A stretch of DNA of 64,000 bases. Source: Nitrospinota bacterium (GTDB lineage: Bacteria > Nitrospinota > Nitrospinia > Nitrospinales > JACRGP01). How positions within the stretch are numbered: the stretch's first letter is position 1; each line of letters opens with the position of its first letter. Shown here piece by piece: positions 18,226 to 26,202 of the stretch. Location of the stretch: NCBI GenBank assembly GCA_016207065.1, contig JACQQK010000178.1, positions 5,740 through 69,739 on the forward strand, in the 5' to 3' direction. The notes beneath the pieces were generated by a model. The model was not told where the DNA came from. It made no database searches and saw only the letters and a program-made list of their open reading frames with translations. The translations under genes were made by a program, and so were the position numbers.

Positions 18226-20118
18226 ATGGGAACGTATCAAGCGAAAGATATTCAATTACTGGAAGGGCTGGAACCAGTCCGGCGGCGTCCGGGAATGTAC
18301 ATCGGCTCGACCTCCACAACGGGACTGCACCACCTCGTGTGGGAAATCCTCGACAACTCGGTGGACGAAGCCCTCAACGGCCACTGCGACACCATCGAGA
18401 TCGAGATCGAGGCGGACAACGCGATCGCGATCAAGGACAACGGGCGCGGAGTCCCGGTGGACGAGTTCCGCAACAGCGGGAAAAGCGCCATGGAAATCCT
18501 GTTCACCACCCTGCACTCCGGCGGGAAGTTTGGCGACGACAATTACAAAGTCTCCGGCGGCCTGCACGGCGTGGGCATGGCGGTGGTGTGCGCCCTGTCC
18601 GAAACGCTGGTGGCCACGTCGCGGCGCGACGGGTTCGAGTGGACCCAGACCTACTCGCGCGGCAAGGCCGTCGGCAAAATCAACAAGGGCAAGCCGTCGC
18701 GCCATTACGGCACCACCGTCTACTTTAAACCCGACTCGCAGATTTTTCCCAAGGTCGAGTTGAATGTCAAATGGATCCTCGAACAGGCCGAAGCCAAGGC
18801 CTTCCTGCACAAGGGGCTCAAGATCGTCGTCCGGGAACGCGGTAGCGAGCACGTGTTCCAATACCCCGGCGGCATCAAGGACTACCTGAAGAAGATCGCG
18901 GCCGGCAAGCAGGTCCTCATGGAGGAGCCGGTGTACGTCGAGAAGGACGACCAGCGCCTGAAGTTGGAAGCCGCCTTCCTGTGGACCGCCGGGACGGACA
19001 CCGTCATCCACTCCTACGCCAACGCCATCAAGACCGCGGACGGCGGGACGCACGAAAACGGGTTCCGCAACGGCGTCACGCGGGCCATCCGCGCCTATAT
19101 CGAGCGCCGGAACCTGCTCTCCAAGGGGATCCCCGGCGTCACCAGCGACGATGTCAAGGAAGGGCTCGTGGCCATCGTCAGCGTCTACCTGTCGGGCGAG
19201 GTGGAATTCCAGGGGCAGACCAAGGGACGGCTGAACTCGGACATCACGTCGCAGGTGGAGTCGGTCGTCAAGCACTCGCTGGAGAACTTCCTGCACGAGC
19301 GCCAGACCGTCGGCGACCTCGTCGCCAACCGCGTGATCCTGTCGGCGCAGGCGCGCATCGCGTCACGGCAGGCGAAGGAGGCGGTGCACCGCAAGACCAA
19401 CATATCGCACCGGTTGAACCTGCCCGGCAAGCTGTCCGACTGCGCCTCGACCGACCGGGAGGAATCCGAGCTGTTCATCTGCGAAGGCGACTCTGCCGGA
19501 GGGTCCAGCAAGCAGGCCCGCGACCGCAAAACCCAGGCCATCCTGCCCATCCGCGGCAAAATCCTGAACGTCGAGACCGCGACCATGGACAAGATCCTGG
19601 CCAATACCGAGATCCAGAACATCATCTCCGCCACCGGGACCGGCATCCATCCCAAGTTCGACCATGACAAACTGCGGTACGGCAAGATCATCATCATGAC
19701 CGACGCCGACGTGGACGGCGCGCACATCTGCGCCCTGCTCCTGACGTTCTTCTACCGCTACATGCCGGAGCTCATCGAGAAGGGGAATTTATACATCGCC
19801 CAGCCGCCGCTCTACCGGATCGACTCCGGCAAGAACTGCTACTACGCCATCGACGACAAGGAAAAAGACTCCATACTGCAAAAACTGGACAACGCCAAAT
19901 ACGACATCGGCCGGTTCAAGGGACTGGGAGAGATGCCGCCGTCCGACCTCAAGGAGACCACCATGGACAAACGCTCGCGCTCGTTGATCCGCGTGGAAGT
20001 CGCCAGCCGGGAAAACGCCGACAAGACATTCGACCACCTCATGGGCAAGGACGCGCAAGCCCGCTTCCGCTTCATCCGCGAACGCGCCCCCCTCTTCCAG
20101 GAAGCGCTGGACGTGTAG
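18226..20118 (+). CDS. Type IIA topoisomerase subunit B (GyrB/ParE family)
   Basis: 'GLEPVRRRPGMYIGST', 'HHLVWEILDNSVDEA', 'LHGVG', 'ELFICEGDSAGGS' and 'IIIMTDADVDGAHI' (Toprim). 630 aa, stop TAG. Confidence 0.9.
   Translation: MGTYQAKDIQLLEGLEPVRRRPGMYIGSTSTTGLHHLVWEILDNSVDEALNGHCDTIEIEIEADNAIAIKDNGRGVPVDEFRNSGKSAMEILFTTLHSGGKFGDDNYKVSGGLHGVGMAVVCALSETLVATSRRDGFEWTQTYSRGKAVGKINKGKPSRHYGTTVYFKPDSQIFPKVELNVKWILEQAEAKAFLHKGLKIVVRERGSEHVFQYPGGIKDYLKKIAAGKQVLMEEPVYVEKDDQRLKLEAAFLWTAGTDTVIHSYANAIKTADGGTHENGFRNGVTRAIRAYIERRNLLSKGIPGVTSDDVKEGLVAIVSVYLSGEVEFQGQTKGRLNSDITSQVESVVKHSLENFLHERQTVGDLVANRVILSAQARIASRQAKEAVHRKTNISHRLNLPGKLSDCASTDREESELFICEGDSAGGSSKQARDRKTQAILPIRGKILNVETATMDKILANTEIQNIISATGTGIHPKFDHDKLRYGKIIIMTDADVDGAHICALLLTFFYRYMPELIEKGNLYIAQPPLYRIDSGKNCYYAIDDKEKDSILQKLDNAKYDIGRFKGLGEMPPSDLKETTMDKRSRSLIRVEVASRENADKTFDHLMGKDAQARFRFIRERAPLFQEALDV
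20076..20117. repeat. 42-bp direct repeat, copy 1 (3' end of the topoisomerase B gene)
   Basis: ccgcgaacgcgcccccctcttccaggaagcgctggacgtgta is identical at 20846-20887. The next base differs, giving TAG here and TAA there. Confidence 0.95.
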
Positions 20119-20157
20119 CCGTAGTAATGCGCCCTTAAACTTTACGAAACTGAGTTT

Positions 20158-20478
20158 ATGACCTTTAACGAAACGATCGATCTTGCCGTCCGGCGCATTG
20201 TAGAGGTTGCTCGTCCGGCGAAGGTCATCCTGTTTGGCTCCCGCGCGCGGGGCGACGAGGACAAAGGCTCCGATCTGGATTTAATGGTCATCGAAAACAG
20301 GGAACCCGATACCTACGAAGAAACGATCCGCCTTCGCAAGGCGGTAGGAAGCGTTGGCGTGGGCGTGGATATTCTGGTCTATTCGCAGGCCGAGTTCGAG
20401 CGGCGTAGCCAGGTGCCCGGAACGGTTCTTTACTGGGCAAGGAAGGAAGGCAAGGTCTTGTATGAAGCCGAACGTTGA
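20158..20478 (+). CDS. Minimal nucleotidyltransferase (MNT) domain protein, HEPN-MNT toxin-antitoxin-type
   Basis: 'ILFGSRARGDEDKGSDLDLMVI' (GSxxRG...DxD). Confidence 0.8.
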   Translation: MTFNETIDLAVRRIVEVARPAKVILFGSRARGDEDKGSDLDLMVIENREPDTYEETIRLRKAVGSVGVGVDILVYSQAEFERRSQVPGTVLYWARKEGKVLYEAER

Positions 20479-20844
20479 GGAGGCGCTACGGTCCTTACGC
20501 CTGGCAGACCGGGACATCAAGGCTTTCGACATCTTGATGAATTCCCCGGAAGCGCATTCGTCGGTGGTGTGTTTTCATGCCCAGCAAGCTGTCGAGAAGT
20601 CTTTAAAGGCCGTTTTATACCTGAACCTCATCGAATTCGAACGCACGCACGACCTCGTAAAACTCGCGGAACTGCTCCGGAATAACGGCTTCAGCCGCCG
20701 GTTTCGGACGATGAGTTCCACAAGCTTGCCCCCTTTGCCGTGACCTTCCGCTACGACGACAAGGAAACAGAGTCCCTGACAGGAGAAGAGGCCGGGCAGA
20801 TAATGATGGCCATCCGCCGTTGGGCGGGAAAGTTGCTTGAATGA
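20462..20844 (+). pseudogene. HEPN domain protein (partner of MNT), frameshifted near 20694-20697
   Basis: 'CFHAQQAVEKSLKAVL...ERTHDLVKLAELL' in one frame, and 'DDEFHKLAPFAVTFRYDDKE...AIRRWAGKLLE*' in the next. One added C (agccgccgg becoming agcccgccgg) joins them. The start overlaps the MNT 3' end. Confidence 0.7.
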
Positions 20845-20845
20845 C

Positions 20846-20887
20846 CCGCGAACGCGCCCCCCTCTTCCAGGAAGCGCTGGACGTGTA
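20846..20887. repeat. 42-bp direct repeat, copy 2
   Basis: Starts 2 nt after the HEPN stop (20842-20844). See 20076-20117. Confidence 0.95.
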
Positions 20888-20899
20888 AGAGGTCTGAAA

Positions 20900-21379
20900 A
20901 TGCTCCCGGAGCAAACGCCGATAACCGGTCGGGAAGACATAAAGGGCGCGCCCCCTCCCCTTCGGGCCCTGATCGAATTTTACGACGCCTTCAACAACAG
21001 GGACATGGCCAAGATGTCGAACAATTGGGCCCGGACCGCTGAAATCTCGATGGACAATCCTGTGGGCGGAATCAAGCGGGGGTGGGAAGAAATCGGGGCC
21101 GTTTACGAACTGATCTTCAATGGCCCCGCCCGCGTCTATGTCGAATTTTACGATTATACCCTGCACGAGACGGACCGGATGTTTTACGCGGTGGGAAGAG
21201 AGCGGGGACGTTTTTCCATAGGCGAAACCGCCATCGATCTGGCCATTCGCACCACCCGGATTTACAAATTAATCGACGGACATTGGCGGCAAGTCCATCA
21301 CCATGGCTCGATCGACGATCCGGAGGCGCTGGCGCGTTATCAGTCGGCTGTCAGTAAGAGGACGCGGCCAAGCGTATAA
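20900..21379 (+). CDS. SnoaL/NTF2-like (DUF4440-like) small protein
   Basis: 'LIEFYDAFNNRDMAKMSNNW...YVEFYDYTLHETDRMFYAVGRERG...LIDGHWRQVHHHGS' fits the NTF2-fold pattern. The likely start is ATG 20900 rather than the ORF-track 20837, which lies in the repeat. Confidence 0.55.
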   Translation: MLPEQTPITGREDIKGAPPPLRALIEFYDAFNNRDMAKMSNNWARTAEISMDNPVGGIKRGWEEIGAVYELIFNGPARVYVEFYDYTLHETDRMFYAVGRERGRFSIGETAIDLAIRTTRIYKLIDGHWRQVHHHGSIDDPEALARYQSAVSKRTRPSV

Positions 21380-21387
21380 AAAGGAAC

Positions 21388-21693
21388 TTGGGTATGGCGG
21401 ATGATTGGAAGATCAAACGGGTCGCCTTCACCCGGCATGCACTGAACCAGATATTTACCCGCTCCATCGGAATCGACGATGTCAAGGCGGTCATTTCCAG
21501 CCATGAAATCCTCGCGGAATATCCGGATGATTTTCCCTACCCCAGCCGCTTGCTACTCGGTTTTGTAAAAGGAAGACCGTTGCATGTGGTATTAGGCTAT
21601 AATTCGAAAGAATCAGCCGCTTATGTGGTCACGGTTTACGAACCCAACCCGGTTCTCTGGGAACCCGGTTTTCGCAGGAGGAGAAAAACATGA
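21388..21693 (+). CDS. DUF4258-family putative toxin
   Basis: 'FTRHALNQIFTRSIGIDDVKAVISSHEILAEYPDD...RPLHVVLGYN...VVTVYEPNP' fits the DUF4258 pattern (recollection). Overlaps the next gene by 4 nt (ATGA). Confidence 0.6.
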   Translation: MGMADDWKIKRVAFTRHALNQIFTRSIGIDDVKAVISSHEILAEYPDDFPYPSRLLLGFVKGRPLHVVLGYNSKESAAYVVTVYEPNPVLWEPGFRRRRKT

Positions 21694-21914
21694 TGTGCCT
21701 TTTTTGCCATCACGGCGAAACCCATGAAGGCGAGGTCACTGTTACCCTCGAACGAAAGACCAGCGCGGTCATCGTACGCGGCGTGCCCGCCGACGTGTGC
21801 GAGAATTGCGGCGAATATTACCTCAGCGAGGAAGTCTCGCGAAAAATTCTGGATCTGGCCGAAACCGCCGTCCAGCGCGGCGTCGAGGTGGAAATCCTGC
21901 GTTATGCCGCGTGA
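21690..21914 (+). CDS. YgiT-type zinc-finger (MqsA N-terminal-like) putative antitoxin
   Basis: 'CLFCHHGETHEGEVTVTLERKTSAVIVRGVPADVCENCGEYYLSEEV', with two CxxC pairs. Confidence 0.65.
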   Translation: MMCLFCHHGETHEGEVTVTLERKTSAVIVRGVPADVCENCGEYYLSEEVSRKILDLAETAVQRGVEVEILRYAA

Positions 21915-22226
21915 AATCCCAAAGCTCGACAAATCCGCCCAAGCCAATCTGATGTAGCCGGAGATACGCCGCGTCGTCAAGATCAAGAAACCGACCGTGC
22001 GGGCGACCTACGAACTCCAGGAAATCGGCCTCCCCGACCTCGAGACCGTCCTGAAAGCGTTCGTGGCATGACTCGACTTTCTCCAAGAGAGAGGATGCGG
22101 TCAAGCCTATGAAAAAGAGAGATTCGAACTCTGAAGAACATCGTATAATACTCTTCGTCCGCATGGTCCACAGGAAAATTTGACGCCAAAAGAATTAGCA
22201 GAAAATCGGTCAAAGGAGCGCCAGGT

Positions 22227-23375
22227 ATGCATAAAGTGAAGAAGATCAAAATCGAGGGATTCAGACGGTTGCATGACATCGAGATCGAAATGCGACCGTT
22301 GATGGTCATGATCGGCGCCAACGGCGTGGGCAAAACATCTTTTTTGGACGCCATGTCCCTCCTTTCCGCTTCCGCAGAGGGGACGATGAACCGCAAATTG
22401 AACGATATGGGCGGCATCGCTGAGGTTCTCACCCGCGGGCGCGCGGGCAATCTCGCCTTGGAAACCGAAATCATGGAGAAATCCAGCAAACAACCTCTCA
22501 AATACAGTCTCCATATCGAACCCAAGGGTGTAACGTATAATATTTCACCGGAGGTTTTATCCCAAGAAAGAGGGCGTCAGAGACCTTTCAAATACATCGA
22601 ATCGAATTCCGATAATATCTTCTATTTTAGTCCCGAAAAAAACAAACTCGTCCGGCCTACATGGGAGCACAACCCGTTCGAGTCGACGCTGTCCCAAGTC
22701 TCTAACATGTTCCCGGAAGCCGAGGAATTGCGGCGGGTCCTCAGTTCCGTCACACAGTATCATGTGCTCGACGTGAGCCAGCGCGCTCCGGTAAAACTCC
22801 CCCAACAGATGAAACCCGCCGATCTGCCCGGCGAGAACGGCGAGGATATGGTCCCGTTCCTTTACTCCCTTCGGGAAAAAGACCCTGATCGGTACGAAGC
22901 AATAGAGGATACTCTGAAATCGGCATTCCCAGGCTTTGAATCCCTCAACTTTCCACCGGTGGCGGCTGGCATGCTGTCCATGACCTGGAAAGAAAAAAAC
23001 TTCAAGAACCCGATTTACATAAACCAGCTTTCCGAGGGAACTCTCCGCTTTCTTTGGTTGATCTCTCTGTTACAGAGCCCGGCGCTTTCCCCCGTGACCA
23101 TGATCGACGAACCCGAAGTCAGCCTGCATCCTGAAATGCTGAGCTTCCTCGCCGATCTGATGCGGGAAACCTCCGAAAGAACCCAAATCATCGTCGCCAC
23201 TCATTCCGACAGGCTTGTCCGCTTTCTTGACCCCAAGGAAGTGGTCGTCATGGATATCGGCGATGACGGCTTTGCGTCGGCAAAGTGGGCCGATTCGCTG
23301 GATTTGGAACAATGGTTCAAAGAGTATACCCTCGACGAGGCTTGGCGAATGGGGCGCATGGGAGGACGGTCGTGA
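22227..23375 (+). CDS. ABC/SMC-like AAA ATPase (AAA_15/AAA_21-type)
   Basis: 'IGANGVGKTSFLDA' (Walker A), 'LSEGTLRFLWL' (signature-like), 'TMIDEPEVSLHP' (Walker B) and 'IVATHS' (H-loop). SD aaggag upstream. Confidence 0.8.
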   Translation: MHKVKKIKIEGFRRLHDIEIEMRPLMVMIGANGVGKTSFLDAMSLLSASAEGTMNRKLNDMGGIAEVLTRGRAGNLALETEIMEKSSKQPLKYSLHIEPKGVTYNISPEVLSQERGRQRPFKYIESNSDNIFYFSPEKNKLVRPTWEHNPFESTLSQVSNMFPEAEELRRVLSSVTQYHVLDVSQRAPVKLPQQMKPADLPGENGEDMVPFLYSLREKDPDRYEAIEDTLKSAFPGFESLNFPPVAAGMLSMTWKEKNFKNPIYINQLSEGTLRFLWLISLLQSPALSPVTMIDEPEVSLHPEMLSFLADLMRETSERTQIIVATHSDRLVRFLDPKEVVVMDIGDDGFASAKWADSLDLEQWFKEYTLDEAWRMGRMGGRS

Positions 23376-23989
23376 AAATAGCCTTGATTGTCGAAGGCAA
23401 GACCGAGAAAGCCTTCATGCCGCATCTCCGCAAGTACCTGGAAAGGCATCTCGCTGGTTGCATGCCTTCTCTTGATCCCCTTCCATACGGTGGCCGCATT
23501 CCTACCGGGGACCAATTAAAGCGTATTGTCAGTAATCTCTTGGAGAATGGAAGAAATCCGGCGGATCATGTGATCGCATTGACGGATGTTTATACAGGTC
23601 CCCAATCGCCCGATTTTAAAGACGCGCAAGATGCAAAGACTAAAATGCGCCAGTGGGTCGGCAATGAACCGAGGTTCCATCCCTATGCCGCTCAACATGA
23701 GTTCGAGGCATGGCTTTTACCTTATTGGTCTTGCATCCAAAAATTAGCGGGCCGTAACAAAGCGGCCCCAAGCAGTACCCCTGAAACCGTAAACCACCAC
23801 AATCCGCCCTCGCGCCGTATCAAAGAAATTTTTCGTATCGGCCAACATCGCAACCACTATATTAAGCCGCGCGACGCCGACCGGATCTTGCGGGACAACG
23901 ATCTCGGAGTCGCCGTTTCCCAATGTCCGGAATTGAAGGCGCTTATCAATACGATTTTATCCGTGTGCGGATCAAAGACGATTCCATGA
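23372..23989 (+). CDS. DUF4276-like protein (Toprim/OLD-nuclease-like N-terminus), partner of the ATPase
   Basis: GTG 23372 overlaps the ATPase stop (GTGA). Carries the 'KIALIVEGKTEKAF' EGxxE motif and 'VIALTDVY'. The family assignment is from memory, not a search. Confidence 0.55.
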   Translation: MKIALIVEGKTEKAFMPHLRKYLERHLAGCMPSLDPLPYGGRIPTGDQLKRIVSNLLENGRNPADHVIALTDVYTGPQSPDFKDAQDAKTKMRQWVGNEPRFHPYAAQHEFEAWLLPYWSCIQKLAGRNKAAPSSTPETVNHHNPPSRRIKEIFRIGQHRNHYIKPRDADRILRDNDLGVAVSQCPELKALINTILSVCGSKTIP

Positions 23990-24035
23990 TGGGGTTGCGC
24001 TTTGTCCCCGCGCAAAAAACCCGTCATTCTCCCTC

Positions 24036-25010
24036 ATGCAACCCAAAAACTCCCCGGCCAAGCCCAGTCTGCTGATCGCCTTCGGCGGCAACGCGTTGGA
24101 GACGCCGGAGAGTTCCAACCGGCAACGGGACGAGTTTTTCGCCGCGCGGCGGAGCATACGGGAAGTGGCCGGCCTGATCAAGAACGGGTACGGGAAAATC
24201 GTCCTCACCCACGGCAACGGCCCGCAGGTGGGCCGGATCTTCCTGCAACAGGAACTCACCAAGAACGAATTCCCGCGCCAGGTCACGCTCGACGTGTGCG
24301 TGGCCGACAGCCAGGGCCGGATCGGCTACATCCTGCAAAACGTGTTCGACAGCGTGTGCGCCGAGCTGGGCGTCAACAAGAAATGCTACGCGGTGATCAC
24401 GCAGGCGGTGGTGGACCCCGGCGACCCGGCCTTCCAGAACCCCGATAAACCGATCGGCGTGTTCTATTCCGCCGAGGACGCGGAACGCCTCGCCCGGGAA
24501 CGCGGCTGGGTATTGCGCGAGGACGCGGGGCGCGGATACCGCCGCATGGTCCCCTCCCCTAAGCCGCTGGAGATCGTCGAGAAGAACCTTTTCCAGAACC
24601 TGCTGGACCAGGGGTTCATCGTCATCGGCGCGGGCGGCGGCGGCATCCCGGTCTTCCGGGACGCGTCGGGGGGCTTGTCGCACGGCGTGGAGGCGGTCAT
24701 CGACAAGGACCGCGCCAGCGCTCTTCTGGCCGGCGAAATCGGCATCGACTGTTTTGTCATGCTGACGGCGGTCGATTACGCCTACCTCGATTACAACTCG
24801 CCCCGGCAATCGCCGATCAAATCCGCCACGGCGGAGGAAATGGAAACCTACATGGAGTTGGGACATTTCCTGGAGGGGAGCATGAAACCCAAGGTGGAGT
24901 CGGCGATCCAGTTCGTCCGGAGCGGAGGCAAAAGGGCGATCATCGCCAACTTGAACGACCTGTTACCAGCCCTGGAAGGAAAAACCGGCACGCAAATCGT
25001 CCCCGATTGA
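24036..25010 (+). CDS. arcC: Carbamate kinase
   Basis: 'LLIAFGGNAL', 'LTHGNGPQVG' and 'GGGGIPV' motifs. 324 aa. Confidence 0.85.
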   Translation: MQPKNSPAKPSLLIAFGGNALETPESSNRQRDEFFAARRSIREVAGLIKNGYGKIVLTHGNGPQVGRIFLQQELTKNEFPRQVTLDVCVADSQGRIGYILQNVFDSVCAELGVNKKCYAVITQAVVDPGDPAFQNPDKPIGVFYSAEDAERLARERGWVLREDAGRGYRRMVPSPKPLEIVEKNLFQNLLDQGFIVIGAGGGGIPVFRDASGGLSHGVEAVIDKDRASALLAGEIGIDCFVMLTAVDYAYLDYNSPRQSPIKSATAEEMETYMELGHFLEGSMKPKVESAIQFVRSGGKRAIIANLNDLLPALEGKTGTQIVPD

Positions 25011-25137
25011 CCCACTCGCCGTGGGGGGGCAATTTGCTGAAACTCTCCCTGCGCTCAAGGCGTCACCGAGGGCAATCCCAGCCCCCTTTGCAAGAAGAGC
25101 TTTGCACAACTCCCATTTCGCCGGGCAACCTTTTATT

Positions 25138-25265
25138 CGTCATCGCGAGCCGTCGCAGACGGGCGTGGCGATCCAGGTTTCTGGAGCGCAAAGCCTCCCG
25201 CTTTGCGCGCTACGCGGGGACGCGTAGCGCTCCATATGGATTGCTTCGCTCCGCTCGCAATGACG
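25138..25265. repeat. MITE-like nested-hairpin intergenic element
   Basis: Terminal inverted repeats cgtcatcgcgagc (25138-25150) and gctcgcaatgacg (25253-25265), 12 of 13 matching. Inner hairpins are gcgcaaagc/gctttgcgc (25186-25208) and gctacgcg/cgcgtagc (25209-25228). Translates to the junk-ORF strings 'VIASRRR' and 'DCFAPLAMT'. Confidence 0.6.
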
Positions 25266-25503
25266 GTGTGGAAGATAGTTATGCAAAGCTCTCCTTTACA
25301 TGGGGGTCGCCCCACTCCAAGTTCTTGCTTGCCGGTTTTGGATTTTGGAGGCGTTTTATCTTCAAACTCTGGTTGAACCGGAACGTGCACTCGCCACAAG
25401 CCCGCCCAAGCCGTGAAGAGCGTCCGGCGGTTTTAGGAGCGTTCACAGCAACTCATTGAAAAACAAGCGATTTTTTAGCGTCGCAAACGGAAAATAAAAT
25501 GAG

Positions 25504-25533
25504 TTGACAGTAAAATAATGCAACCCTTATACT
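25504..25533 (+). promoter_or_regulatory. Sigma70-type promoter candidate for nuoE-G-D
   Basis: TTGACA (25504-25509), 18 nt, TATACT (25528-25533), about 125 nt upstream of nuoE. Bracketed by a 9-bp inverted repeat, aaacggaaa (25485-25493) and tttccgttt (25539-25547). Confidence 0.45.
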
Positions 25534-25656
25534 GCGCATTTCCGTTTGGCTGTTTATATGCCTTGGAAAAGACGGGTTTTCGTTTTCAAACGGTTACCGC
25601 TTATCTTAAACTGGCGGTAATACTAAAAACCAACCCTTGAGCAAACCTCAAAACTT

Positions 25657-26202
25657 ATGGCGACCAACAACGCTACGGCGGGAAGCGAAACCGAGGAAAA
25701 AAAAGAAATCGACCTGACTCGGACACGGGAAATCCTGAACGGTTTCCCCAGGGCCCGGCGTCATCTGATTCCTGTACTGCAAAAAATCCAGGAAGTTTAC
25801 CGTTATCTTCCCGAGGAGACCATAAAGCTGGTCATGGCGTGGCTGGGGGTATCCAAGGCCCAGGTCTACGGCGTGATCTCTTTTTATCCCCAGTTCCGCA
25901 TCACCGAGCCGGGGAAATTCATCGTCAAGCTGTGTTACGGGACCGCCTGTTTCGTCAAGGGCGCGCCGATCATCGCGGGTAAACTGCACGACATCTACCA
26001 CATCCGCCCCGGCGAGACCGACAAGAAGAAGATGTTCACCTTGCAAACCGCTTCCTGCCTGGGCAACTGCGGCGCCGCGCCGATGTGCATCATCGGCAAC
26101 GACGTCCACGGAACGATCGACCCGGAAAAGACGAAGGAGATATTTGGGTCCTACGAGAACACGGAAGACCCGGCACAAGCCAAGGAGACGAGTCCCGCAT
26201 GA
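25657..26202 (+). CDS. nuoE: NADH-quinone oxidoreductase subunit E (24-kDa 2Fe-2S subunit)
   Basis: 'LIPVLQKIQEVYRYLP', 'CYGTACFVKGA' and 'CLGNCGAAP'. Confidence 0.85.
   Translation: MATNNATAGSETEEKKEIDLTRTREILNGFPRARRHLIPVLQKIQEVYRYLPEETIKLVMAWLGVSKAQVYGVISFYPQFRITEPGKFIVKLCYGTACFVKGAPIIAGKLHDIYHIRPGETDKKKMFTLQTASCLGNCGAAPMCIIGNDVHGTIDPEKTKEIFGSYENTEDPAQAKETSPA

Noticed and set aside
3464-21957. Genome-wide reassignment of TAG (for example pyrrolysine or a sense codon), given in-frame TAGs in ppx, the RelE-like toxin and a small ORF at 21955-21957
   Set aside because: Only two or three cases occur, all in genes that are otherwise damaged or accessory. TAG ends the topoisomerase B gene at the expected position. 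All other long genes contain no in-frame TAG, and no pyl genes are visible. Nonsense mutations or base-call errors are the simpler explanation.
22100-22180. tRNA or tRNA-fragment attachment site suggested by 'gagttcgaatctct' (minus strand) upstream of the ATPase gene
   Set aside because: Only a T-loop-like heptamer with a 4-bp stem is present. I could not fold acceptor, D or anticodon arms from the flanking sequence.
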